From: Euprymna scolopes
Lineage: Eukaryota
Direction: 5' to 3' (one strand)
DNA length: 64,000 nucleotides
Assembly: GCA_053919585.1 (NCBI GenBank)
Contig: CM132801.1
Made by a program: the position numbers and the translations under genes. Under the pieces are notes generated by a model, which worked only from the letters and a program-made list of their open reading frames with translations, made no database searches and was not told the origin of the DNA. Below, in pieces: positions 29,049 to 42,430 of this stretch; within the stretch, counting starts at the first letter, position 1; every line of letters begins with the position of its first letter.

Positions 29049-29618
29049 CTGGACAAAACTGCTCAAATACTTTATCTTTCAAAACAGAAAGTTCATCGAA
29101 GGCCTTGATCACAAACATATTCTCAGAAATTGGTGCTGATACAATCTGGCCCAATTCAGTAGTATCAGCTAATCCAATTCCAATACCATAGATGAGGATG
29201 TTGTCAGCTCTAACCTTTTCAGCTTCAGGAATTGTATCAAACGCATTTACATTTGATACACCATCCGTGATAAGAATAGCAATATTTGGTACTGAAGGTC
29301 TGTCTCCATTCTGTTGTGTAAACATTTGAGTGCGCATAACATTGAGTCCACCAAAAGTATTTGTACTGCCATAAACATATTGGATCTTCTTTACTGCATC
29401 TATGATATCTTGTTTTCTGTTATACTCATTCAAGTTGAACTGAATTTCCACATCTGTGCTGTATAGTACAGCACCAAATCGCATATTGCCACTGTCTATG
29501 TCAGCAACGGATACAAAATCAACAATGAAATCTAACATTTTCTCAAAGTTTGCTGCAGTAACACTAGTGGACGAGTCCAAAATGAAGACGATGTCAGACT
29601 GAGCATTGGTACATCCAC
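29049..29618 (-). CDS. VWA exon, type A
   Basis: 570 nt, canonical boundaries, intact MIDAS. Confidence 0.93.
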
Positions 29619-30761
29619 CTAAAGAATATTGACATAACCAATCACTCAAAAAGAACATTGAGAAATATAACAACTTACAAAACCAATTCGAACACAAAAA
29701 ATACATTTACAACCACTTAAAACACAACACAACATATCAAACTACTTAACACAGGAGATAACATATAAATTCACTGTTCTAATTTCACCGTGCTGCAATT
29801 CTTATGAATGCGTAAAATTTTAAAACATTTTACACGCGAACAAACATTGAAAAGCAATGATTCTATAATTATTGGAAGATAAAATATTGCAATATAAATT
29901 ACAAACATTTTAACACTATTTGAAACTGTTTTCAGTAAAAAAATTTTTTTTACCGGATTTAAGTCTTTAATACCTTGATATTTTTCAATATTTTAATTAA
30001 TGGACGGCGCTACCACTTAGAACCATGACAACACAAACAGAAAATAATATCTGAAGGCGATTAGCACAAAAGAATACAGTCACAGCGAAGACACACGACT
30101 TCCTTAATAAGCAGACGACAACAAATATAAACAGAACACTATTACAAATAGGCATTCGTACTCATAATTAGATGAGTTGAAAATAACATTTGCATGACAA
30201 CAAATTATAAATAACAGATCCGTACATTTAATTGATTAGCTGAAATTAAGCATTAATTTTATAATATAAGCACAATCTTTACTTATGATATCGTTTATAG
30301 GCAACTTCGAATCAATTCTAAAGAAACAATAGTAAACATATCATTGCTAGTAATTACTTATAGAGTAATTAAAAAAACATGCAACAAAGACATGAGACAC
30401 TCTCAATGACTAGACAGCAACAAATTGAACGGAACAAATATGTACATTTAACAGATGACCAGATAGTAATGTATTAATTTTCAATAAAAGATAGAGTCTT
30501 GAATTATGGTATTGTTTATAACTAACTTTAATGAAATACTAAAAACAATCCTTCACATATTAATTATAGTTATTGCTTATCATCATAAAATAAAATGTTA
30601 GTTCAAAATGTATTTGATTATGTATAATGTTTCATACATTTATATAACAATCTTTATTAGATAAATACTTTTTTTTTAAAGTGTAATTATTATAATAATC
30701 GATAATAGTGTCTCTATTTTCACTCATATAAATGTAAATAAAATATATGCAATGACCTCAC

Positions 30762-30830
30762 CTCTTCTGGGAGGCACCGCAGTGATCGGAAATCGAATCA
30801 CTGGTGTCCGAGATGGTTGTATGGCACCTC
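30762..30830 (-). CDS. 69-nt linker exon GGAIQPSRTPVIRFPITAVPPRR(G)
   Basis: AAG|...AGAG|GTGAGG; phase 1-1. Confidence 0.88.
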
Positions 30831-32100
30831 CTTTATAGAAAATAGAACAATGAAACATGTGTGTGTTTATAGGCACAATTATAAAATTATAAAAGTTAAA
30901 TGTATTCATACAAGCATATGTTAATACACTCACTTGAAAAAAAGACATATTAGAGAAATATAAATACTCTTCCATATTTATTAGTATCTTTGCTATTCTT
31001 ACTATTATATGTTGCACATATACTATTTTAAAGGAAAAGCATTTACCATTTTTTATTCAATCTCGAAGTGCATAATAATTCTGTGAAATTCAACCTTAAA
31101 TTAAATGCCACATTTCTATTGATTGATCTTCTCTTGAGTTAGAGTTGACACATTTTTAAATATCCAACATCACCTTTGTTTGTTTTAAGCGAAATTACTT
31201 TCATTGCATAAACGGCGTTAGTTTCTAGTAAAATTGTGTAAAATACTCACATATAAAAGTAGACTTTTGAAATATGAGTATTGAATATTTTACAAGGATG
31301 GTTTAAATCAAAATTTACTTTGCTCATTGATACACATTTTTACAAATAAAAAATAATTAAATTACTGTATATGATATGAAATATTTCCCAAATTTACATC
31401 AAGAAACATGTATTGCTTATTAGAGTTTTCATGTCCATGCAATTACTATGCGATTAGTTGTAAAAATTGTATATCTTATAGGCTATATGGTTTTGATTCA
31501 AATGTTTTACAAACCATTTTGAAAACGACTTAAATTTGTCGAATAAAGTATTATAGATGGAAAAGTTAAATACATATACAAGAAATAACAGAAGTCAGAA
31601 TCAAAGAGAAAATGTTTGGATCAGGAAAGAAAAAAGAATTACATTAGATGTGTATCTTATTTTAAAAACTAATTTAAATAAGAAGGAATAGATTCATTAA
31701 AACGCAGACAACTCAATGAAATACATTTGTTTATATAAATAGTCCGAAAAAGTCGGTGGAGTCATGAATTAAATTGTATTCAGCATGGCTTTTTTCAGTA
31801 AATCACATATTATAAATAAAATTAATGTAAACTTCAATTGAAAACAAATAATTCATTTGATCCAAATAGTATAAGAATTTTGTAATTGTCTCTGGAATGT
31901 CATGCAGTTGAATTAAAAAAAATTTAACAATGGTTGATGAAATCTTCATTCATATATCATATTTCATAATCACATTTAAATTACACAAACATATTCACAA
32001 GCACACCTGCATATTCTTGTATATGTATATATTATATAGGTTATTATTAAATATATGTATAATTCGATTTGTATTAGCAAAGAAAAAGCATCATATCTAC

Positions 32101-32670
32101 CTGGACAAAACTGTTCAAATACTTTATCTTTCAAAACAGAAAGTTCATCGAAGGCCTTGATCACAAACATATTCTCAGAAATTGGTGCTGATACAATCTG
32201 GCCCAATTCAGTAGTATCAGCTAATCCAATTCCAATACCATAGATGAGGATGTTGTCAGCTCTAACCTTTTCAGCTTCAGGAATTGTATCAAACGCATTT
32301 ACATTTGATACACCATCCGTGATAAGAATAGCAATATTTGGTACTGAAGGTCTGTCTCCATTCTGTTGTGTAAACATTTGAGTGCGCATAACGTTGAGTC
32401 CACCAAAAGTATTTGTACTGCCATAAACATATTTGATCTTCTTTACTGCATCTATGATATCTTGTTTTCTGTTATACTCATTCAAGTTGAACTGAATTTC
32501 CACATCTGTGCTGTATAGTACAGCACCAAATCGCATATTGCCACTGTCTATGTCAGCAACGGATACAAAATCAACAATGAAATCTAACATTTTCTCAAAG
32601 TTTGCTGCAGTAACACTAGTGGACGAGTCCAAAATGAAGACGATGTCAGACTGAGCATTGGTACATCCAC
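32101..32670 (-). CDS. VWA exon, type A (first of the A block)
   Basis: 570 nt, canonical boundaries, intact MIDAS. Confidence 0.93.
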
Positions 32671-33829
32671 CTAAAGAATATTGATATAACCAATCACTCA
32701 AGGAGAACATTGAGAAATATGACAACATACACAACTACTTGAACAGAAAATAACAAATTCACAACTACTTACAACACAATGTTACATATACAACCAATTA
32801 AAACAAACAATTACAGATAAAGAAAGAACCCATGATGCTTTCTCATTCGTTATTGATGTGTATGGTTCTCATATTTAAGAACACTATGGAGATGGACATT
32901 CATTAATGTAGGAGATAAGGTAACATTATTATAATAATACATATTTTTTCACCATTAACTATTATATTCAGAAAAGCCAATAAAAACTTTAAATTTTTTG
33001 CATTGATTATTTTATATTAATACTAAGCAAATTGTAGTACATTCCAAACAATGACAAGCACAATAAAATACATATTCGAAAAGCAATTGGAATGCAAAGA
33101 ACAAAACAAAAACATAAGACGTTCTTAATAACCACCGACAGCAATAAAAAACAGAAAACCATCAAAAATTTGATTTGATTACATAAGATCTGCTACTACA
33201 GATTAAATTTTCCATTACAAGTAAGTATGTTCTTTCGAACCTATTTACTTGTTAGAAAGGCAGTAATATACAATAAATTATACACTGTCTATTTTTAACA
33301 TGAATTTAATATGATTGATTTAACCAATATTGTATACAATCTAAAATTTTATTGACAAACATTATATTTTACCATTGGTAATTGATGTACATCATGGAAT
33401 TCTGTAGTAAACTGACAATTGTATACAGTGAACACAACTGACCAAAATGAGACAGGTACAAGGACGTTCATCTTTTTATTTCTGACAAAAATTGATTAAA
33501 AAATAAATGTGACACCATAAAGAAATAACAAAGATGGATCATATATATTACACGTATACAACATAAAATCCAGCTACGAATACAGCATACAAACATGAAC
33601 AAAACATGAGCAACGTTTTATGTTATAATAATACAATCCTCCATCTTTTCTTTAAATCTTGAAAATATGCATTTTAAATTACATATAATGCAAAATGTAA
33701 TATTTATCTCCTTATTTTTTTTCGCTATGTATTCAATTTTTTAACATTTTGTTGTTTTTTATCTATTCAAACAAACATTCTACAAAAGCCCTAAAAAAGT
33801 AAAATTCAACACAGAATGTTTCTACAATA

Positions 33830-33910
<81 letters not shown>
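33830..33910. repeat. (CA)n microsatellite
   Basis: Directly visible. Confidence 0.98.
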
Positions 33911-33911
<1 letters not shown>

Positions 33912-36900
33912 TAATGGTTTTTATCATAGATGATTTAAATATTTAACCAAATTATCTTGAAAGAACCATCATTCAACTCTTTCTTTGAATTTTCATTCAT
34001 TAAATTTATATCTGTTTTTTGTTTATTCATAGTATGGATCAAGTTGATCATAATTCCTTTGGCATAATAACAGATATTTTATCATGCGCATCTATATTTA
34101 TTTCATTAACCCTCCTTTTCGACAATGTAGCTGATACTTTATTCTTCCTTAAAATATACTATGTGTTGCATATAACATCCAATTCAATATTTAAAATATA
34201 TTATTCATAATCTTATATTTAAAGAAACGATTTATTATTGTTACAAATTTACTTATAATAATTTCATTTGTACCAGTTATAATAATAATATTAATAATAA
34301 TACATTATATGATTCAACAAACTAGCTCGAAATTTGATTTCTCCTTAACAACATTGAAAACATAACTACTGAAAAAATAATATTTAATTTTCTAATATAT
34401 TTTTGAGCAACTTTAAATGTAATGGTTATTTTTAATGTGCCTTTGCGAATTTTCTTGTTGGAAGTGGGATTGCATTAAAATTTTATTTAATGCAATAATA
34501 ATGCTAACTATTTTAGATTATATAATGACGGTGTAAAGGAGATCACTCTATTTCGCTATCTTATAAAAATAATACGATTAAAACAATTCTGAAAATGTCT
34601 TGCATGTAGATTTTCATCTTGATCGCCACTAATATCGAATCAATTACTATTATCGCCCATCACTTTTTAATAAATTTCGTCAACATCTGTTTATAACATC
34701 TTCCGAACTCTTGTGAAAAATAAAGAACTCTATTCTATAGTGTAAAATATAAATAGTATATATTGATTGTGTTTACTAAAAAGCCTCATTGAAATTCAAA
34801 CAATATATTTTCTTTTTCATGTTTAACTCAATTATACGTTTCTATATTCATTAGATCTGCATATTTGAAAATAATAGGTTCAGCTATTAATTCAAATTTT
34901 CCATGTTTGGGACAAGCTGTTTATTTCTTTATGACTGGGATAACTATATATTAACTTGCATTAAATACTAATGTAACTGCAAACTATGTTTCTATTTAAA
35001 ATTAATCATTAAAACTGATCTTAAAACAACAACAAAAAGCACGCATTTACTTTAGTTATCAATGTGATATTGTGAAAAACCCTTGTAAAAAAAGTAATCC
35101 TTTATAATGAACTTTATTTTTAAATTTAATTTTGATTCATTTATGCATTGAAACAAACTCAATTGCAGAAACGATGAAATAATTTAACTTCGAATTGAAA
35201 GAATTATAGTAAATTTCCATATTTGTAAATATGAATTTCGTCTATACATGCATGAAAAAAGTTAATATATAAATACAGTTCATAGCCCCCTTTTGTTCTG
35301 TTCTTGGTAAAAAAAAGTACTATCAAAATAAAAACTGAGAAATTTCTTTATATAAAAAACAAAAAAACAAAAAAAAACAGAGATCATGAGTAAAACAGAA
35401 AGATGAGATTAATTTGAGAGGTTCGAAATAATGAAATAAACTAAAAAAATATAAAACCGTGAAAAAAAACAAACTCCAAAGGATATATATGCATTTTAAT
35501 AAATACTGTAAGATGTATCAATAAAATCCTCCATATTATATTACTGATATAATTGATTGTAATAGTAGCAGTAAGCAAAGTTGGAGTAGGAGTAGCAGTA
35601 ATAATAATATTTTTATTATGTTTAGTAGTAATAATATAAATATTTATTTTGAAATGTTCATTTTTCCACACCAACAGTTACATCTCTGTAAATTTTGCGC
35701 CGGAAGAGAATTCAGTTGAGTAATCCTCATTTCGCCTTCTGGCCCTAAACACATACTTATCATTTATTTATTCACAATAAGAAAAAACTCCATCAAATTG
35801 GTTTACAGAAGTAATTTGATAAATTGGAAAGAAATAAAAGAAACTAAAAGAAACATTTTAAATAAGATATGAAACATATGGATAGCACCTCCAAGGTATA
35901 ATGCAATGAAAATGGAATCACATATAAAATGTAATGCAAATATTCATAAGTTACAAATCTAACCATTATATTCCATAAACTGCTACTTAATAGAATGCGG
36001 TGATGACATTATATTTCTGAAATTAGATATTACATATAACGTGGAAATAAATAATAAAAAAGCATAATTTACCAAATATGTATTACTTTTATTTTATTTT
36101 AAATACAATAAAAATTAAACCTGTATTCATTTTATATTTACTAATAAATATCATTTACTCATTAAAAAAAGAGGGGAAAAAAAGGAAAAAAATTGTATAT
36201 ATGTATAAATATTTTGAACCTTTATATCTATTTAATTTTCAATAAATAAGAATGTAAATATATAATCATAGTGGGGTGATAAGTAGTCAAATGGATTAAT
36301 CCTAATCTTATAAATACAATATCCATTTTGAATTTGGAAAGAAATGAATCTCACAGGTAAGAAATTCATTTTTATAACATGAATAGGTTAGATAAAGTAA
36401 TTAAGAATAGGAAACTAGATCTAATATTTGTAACATATCTTCTTCCTAAGATTAAGGGAGGTGGCGTTTAATCAACACTGCTAGGGAGCCATGATGTAAT
36501 ATACTGTTTTGTTTTTAAATTTCTGAAACAGTGTTTCATGGTAAACAATTGATGATCCCTTAAAAAATACATTATTATTCGTACTATAGTGAATTCGAGA
36601 GAGCAAGTTGATGCAGTGATTGCAGGTGATTAAATGACTTACTGACTAAATAGTTTTCTAACGAATGATAAAAAATAATTTTTTTATATAGTTTTAAAGG
36701 TTAATAACTTCCAAGACTGTATATATGATTGGAAATTCAATCTCCATAGCATATACCTAGTAGTCAGATATTAATTTGAAGACAATCTAAATTTTAGTTC
36801 ACTGAAAAACAAGAAAAATAAATATAAATTAATAAGGTCTTTTTATTTAAACCAGTTATTAATCATGTATAGCGATAAGAATGAAAAAAAAAAAATCATT

Positions 36901-37520
36901 GTCACAAAATAAAATAAAACGATTGTGAATTCCTTGTAAAATATGTATGAGATTTAACATTACTTCTCAAAAACAGAAGTGAAAAATAGCTGCAGAAATT
37001 CCCTTGACTATTAGCCATAATCTTATGCAACTTCTGCACACTATTTCAGACACATTAGGTCGTTATAATAAAATGCTACATTGCATCCTAGGAGCAACAC
37101 CATCACAATCGCAAACTCTCCAGAGGAAGGAGTTCCAAATTTTCCTCGTAAGTATTTAGTCCTCCCACCAGCATCAGTCAACACTGGACGGAAATCTATC
37201 CTTTCTGTAGTAATTGTAATTTCACCGATCGTAACTGGCCCATAAACACATAGACATAACATATTGTTTCCAATTTCCGATTCATAAATAATAACAGCTT
37301 CCTTGGCATAGTCTGCCCATTCTAATTGGCTGAGACCTGACATTCACATATTCCGGAATTAAAAAATTTCCTGCATAAACGAACATTTCAAAAAGTTTAC
37401 AAAGTGGCGTCGCTTTTAACAGGAGACAATAGTGCTAAAAGAATACAAACATATTAACCGCTCCCAAACATAAAATTAAATACTGGTAACTTTTATTACT
37501 GGAACAAACGTGCAAAAGTA

Positions 37521-37523
<3 letters not shown>

Positions 37524-37582
<59 letters not shown>
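37524..37582. repeat. (TA)n microsatellite
   Basis: Directly visible. Confidence 0.98.
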
Positions 37583-37584
<2 letters not shown>

Positions 37585-38189
37585 CGTCTTTTTCATCTTT
37601 ACTTGCACATCCAGCAATGGTTTGGGAATGTAACCATGCACAAAATACCTACACGCCGTATCCCCCCCCAAACACCAGCCCTAAAAGATAAAATCCATTT
37701 ATGCATAGCAATATTTATTTTTTGATTTTGGAACGATTATCGACCCTTACAGGATGTTATATTTGTTTTGTTTTTCTTTGCTTTTTTTTTGGCCATTTAC
37801 TATTCCTGTGGATGATTTGATTTACTTTTATATTTTTCACCGATTACTTATGCTTGGGGTTGGGTTGGGATGGGGTTAATTTTTACATTAGGTCTACCTC
37901 CAAAAATTTTTTTTTTAAATGATGACATGTATAGGTTTTCGACTTCGTTGATCAAGAAAATCTCATTCAAATTTTGCAGAGACAAGTACTTTTCAAGATA
38001 TAAAGACCTGTATTATGCACTGTAATTCACTGGCTGCCAAGTTTGTATGCATGCATGATAAATAATTCTACTTCTCTCCCACCAACACTGCCACACCCCA
38101 ATTTTTTAATAGCATTTGCAGGTGGGTATGCTGACAATGAATATCACGGTTAAATTTGGAGTAAATTTTTTCACCCCCCCCCCCAAATG

Positions 38190-38348
38190 GAGTGTCTACT
38201 CCAAAAGTCATCCTTAACATAGGGAGGGTGTGGGTGTCTATTCCGAAAGCTGTTCTTAACATGAGGAGGTTGAGAGTGTCTATTTCGAAAGCTGTTCTTA
38301 ACATGGGTCAGTTGAGGGAGTTTATTCCAAAAGCTGTTCTTAACATGA
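38190..38348. repeat. 42-bp minisatellite, about 3.8 copies
   Basis: cttaacat recurs at 38213, 38255, 38297 and 38339. Confidence 0.9.
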
Positions 38349-38764
38349 CATTACTCAAAGAAGTGAAAATAGTCATAATTGTTTTGTTTTACAAGTGAAA
38401 AAAAAAAAAGAAAATATAAAACTGGAATGTAATTTAATACTATTTATTGGAAGATTTGAAAAGAAGAGGAAAACTTAACCACAAGGACTGCTAACACTGA
38501 TTTCGATCACTCGAAACAGTTACTATGCAGTGAGAATCCCTAACTTCAGAAAACTTCTGTTTTAATTCCTATTATTATCCTAACGGACCATTTTTTTGTA
38601 ATTTTATTAATTCATAAAGATTTACGCATTCCCTTAATTGCTCTTCTTAAACAGTACTTGCAGGTTATCATCACAAACCAGCACTAATCGGCAGTAGAAG
38701 ACAGATTATTAAATTTCAGCCAATGCCACCAGTGTCCGCAATTGTCCAAGGACAGAGTGGCTAG

Positions 38765-38795
38765 CAACAACAACAACAACAACAACAACAACAAC
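38765..38795. repeat. (CAA)n microsatellite
   Basis: Directly visible. Confidence 0.95.
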
Positions 38796-38995
38796 CATAG
38801 TTTAATTTTTTACGAGAGGTGGGGATATCAGGCTTCCACCAGGCAACGCCGGTTAATGGGTACTGATAGTTGGTAATATAGGTGAAAATGAAAGAGGAAA
38901 TATATTTGTAAATAGCAGGAAAATAAAATATATTTTAAATGAAATTTAAAGAAAAGAAAATGTAAATAAATATAATGATTGCTGGTTATATCTAC

Positions 38996-39565
38996 CTGGA
39001 CAAAATTGCTCAAGTATGTTCTCTTCCAAAGTTTTGAGTGCTTGGAAGTCATCAACTACAAACATATTGTTAGAGATGGGTCGAGAAACAATCTGGCTCA
39101 GTTCTGTTGTCTCAGCCAAGCCAATACCAACTGCATATATATGAATTTTGTCAGCTCTTGTCCTTTCAGCCTCCGGAATTGTTTCAAATGCGTTGACATT
39201 TGATACACCATCAGTGAGAAGAATTGCGATGTTGGGAACTGAAGGTCTATCTCCATTCTGCTGTGTAAACATTTGAGTGCGCGTAATATGAAGTCCACCA
39301 TAAGTGTTTGTACTGCCATAGACATATGGAATGTTCCTGACTGCATTTATTATATCTTGTTTTGTGTGATATTCATTCAAGTGGAATTGGATTTGAACGT
39401 CCGTGCTATAAAGAACAGCACCAATACGCACGTTGCCACTGTTGATATCAGCAACAGATACAAAATGAGCAATAAAATCTAGCATTTTCTGAAAATTTGG
39501 TGCAGTGACACTAGTTGAAGAATCCAAAATGAAGACGATGTCAGACTCAGCACGGCCACATCCAC
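38996..39565 (-). CDS. VWA exon, type B (last of the B block)
   Basis: TGTAG|GT GGA TGT GGC ... CCA G|GTAGAT; 570 nt; intact MIDAS. Confidence 0.93.
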
Positions 39566-40164
39566 CTACAGAATACGGACAGAATCTTTCACTCAAGATA
39601 AAGATTCGATTCAAAACACAAATAAAGGTTAAGAAACAAAAGATCATGAAAGGATTAATAACAATTTTTTTGTTAATCTGGACTAAATTATTTACCAAGC
39701 AATTACTTGACAAGAGACAATACACGAAAAGGTAGTAATAGGACGTAAGTAAACAAGAAGTTAATATACATGGAACCACAGAATAATAATATTACAGAAT
39801 TGATAATTACTAAGTTCTCATGCCCAGTATATATAAAATGCTATTTTTCATATTTACTGTTTAACAAATACGTTTCAAACATGATTAACAGTGAGACTAT
39901 TAAACTTTGAAACAGAACAACATATGGTAAGAATACTAATTAAAAAATAATTGTAGAAACAGAAAAGACATTAAAACACATAAAATTATAACAAAATAAA
40001 CGGACAAAACTAATCAAACGCCAACTATTACAAATAATTGTGGATGTGACAAATTGTTATAGACATAATTCATGAATCGTTATTACTGCATATAAAATCA
40101 GAGAAATGTGTGTGTGTGTGTGTGTGTGTGTGGTTTGAATTCAAATATAGATGAAATGTCTTAC

Positions 40165-40188
40165 TATTAGATGATATAGAAGCAGGCA
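40165..40188 (-). pseudogene. Decayed type B linker; possible cryptic 24-nt micro-exon (V)PASISSN
   Basis: Aligns to the 36-nt linker, keeps the GTAAGA donor and has a new CTCTCTAATCAG acceptor in phase 1-1. Confidence 0.45.
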
Positions 40189-40858
40189 CTGATTAGAGAG
40201 TTGAATACAGACATAATCTTTCACTTAGGACGAAGATTCGATTCAAAACATACATAATGATGACGAAACAAAGAAATGATAACTAAAGTTTTATTTTTAT
40301 CTAAACAATATTATTTACAAAGAACTTACATAAAAACAAACGCACATTCAATAGAAATGACAGAGCATGAGCAACAAACCAATCTATTATTCTTACGTAC
40401 ACAGAAGAAAACGGTACAGTGAGTCTACAGATAATGATCTATTTATCATGTATGTTTAAAGTAATTTTTATACTTTGTAAATATCACAAATATGTTTTAA
40501 TCTATAATTTATAGCATTCATGATTTTAATATTACATAAAACGATTAATGAGTTAAACATAACAACACAAGATAAGAACTCTGAAGACACATGGAACTTG
40601 GAAATTGTGTATCACAAGGGAAAACAATAACTAAACACAAAGTAAGAATACTTATTAAACGAATGAATTGTGAAAACAGACAAAAAAAGAATGCAACATA
40701 TCAAATTATAACAAAATAAAGAACAAACACTATATCTAATTAAACGCCCATAAGTAAAAATAGTTATGAACGTGACAAATTCCTAGGGACAGGATTCATG
40801 AAATTATTATTTCATGATACAATGTTGTTTGGATTTAGGCATAGAACAGATGTCTTAC

Positions 40859-40894
40859 CCTTAGGTGGTATAGGAACAGGCATAGTTCTGGGTG
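40859..40894 (-). CDS. 36-nt linker exon APRTMPVPIPPK(G)
   Basis: TTCTTCTCCAG|...AAGG|GTAAGA; phase 1-1. Confidence 0.88.
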
Positions 40895-42430
40895 CTGGAG
40901 AAGAAATAAAACAGTGCATATATAAAATATTGGTTAGACCTATAATACTATTTATAATAAATTGAATCTATGCTTTGATCAGATTTTCAGTAGCTACGTG
41001 CAGTAATAAAGAACTTTGCAAAACCTGAATAGCTTTAGATGATAAATAAGATAAAATCTATTTCATTCACTATTTTGTTTGTTAAAAACAAGACATTTTT
41101 GTATTATAAAACATATATGCAAAATATTTCAACATTTTCATAACGTAATTTTCAATTTATTATTAATAAGTTATCGATTGAAAATTGCTACATGAAAATT
41201 AATTGCTAATGTCTTAATTTTGTCAGACAAGATTTATTTAATCCAAATGGATCAAATTTAACTTAAAGAAATATATTAAACAAATGAAACTTATAGAAAT
41301 TTATATTTAATATCATCCTTAACTTACATAAGTCAATCTCAAATATTGTAGGAAATTTGCCAAGCTACACACATCAAATGCAACTTATTTACTTATTTTA
41401 TACGTGTATGTATTTATTCTTAATATCTTAGTTTAAACAATTAATATGCCAATGATCTAAACTATCTTTTTGACTGTATTTAATTAAATTATCTTTTCCT
41501 CGTTACGTATGTATAATTATTGCATGAAAACATCTCTCAATATAAAAGTTCTGTGAATAATAATGATATATTTTCAAGTATTTCCGAGAAATTATATTCT
41601 TGTTAAATTATGTAACTATATCAAACATTGAAACATATAGGAAGTTTTTGATCGTGATCAGAGTTTAATTTTTGTATATTAAAATCTGAATGATAATATT
41701 TAATTATTTTTTAATTTTTTTTATTCAATCAGAAAACATAATACATTGATCCTGCAACATGTACAGGAATACTGGTATATTGTTAAGAAGAAAATGTAAT
41801 TCCATTTGTTGTAATTTTGTATGCGTATATTTTTCTCATGCATATTTATTGCAGTGTTTTTAGTTTTTTACAAACATACAACTTTTAAGCTAAACCTATT
41901 CAAGAAAATTTGTGAAATTATATAAAAATGTAGTCATATTGTTTGCATAAGTAATAATTTAAAGGTGAATTTGTATGATTAGTTAACAGTAATTATTACA
42001 GTTATAATTGAAATCAACTGTAATTGTAAATCAAACATCTTCAATTAGATTTATCTGTGAAATAGCTAACTTGATTAAATCTTAAAATATTTAGTACTGG
42101 AAAATATTTATGTATTATATGTATATTCAAAATAATTATAAATTATTTTACAAAACTTAAATAAATATTACACCTGGTTCTATATTGTATATGTGAGGCC
42201 AGTAAATATATTTCTCAACAAAATTAATTTTACAAAAAATATTAAAAGAAATAAGAAGGAAAGAGAAAGAAATTAGTTAACTAAATGGGATATGATCCAC
42301 GAGTAATTAATAATATAAGAAAATCCAAAATATTGAAAAAGCAAACTAAATAGTTCAGATAATCATGAACGGTGTTAAAAAAATATATGAAAGAAAACTG
42401 AAAATGATTCAAAATCACGTGCATAGCTAC

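Noticed and set aside
35875-35900. GGAGGTGCTATCCAT (GGAIH) on the minus strand, resembling the start of the type A linker
   Set aside because: No AG acceptor, no donor and no further similarity.
4023-37671. ORFs with YIYIYI runs or X runs
   Set aside because: Translations of (TA)n microsatellites or N gaps.
38190-38348. CRISPR-like regularly spaced repeat
   Set aside because: The whole 42-bp unit is repeated without unique spacers, the context is eukaryotic and there are no cas genes.
38830-38872. Possible Helitron 3' end (ccaggcaacgccggtt...gatagt)
   Set aside because: The hairpin is imperfect, the terminal CTAG is absent and the other end cannot be defined.
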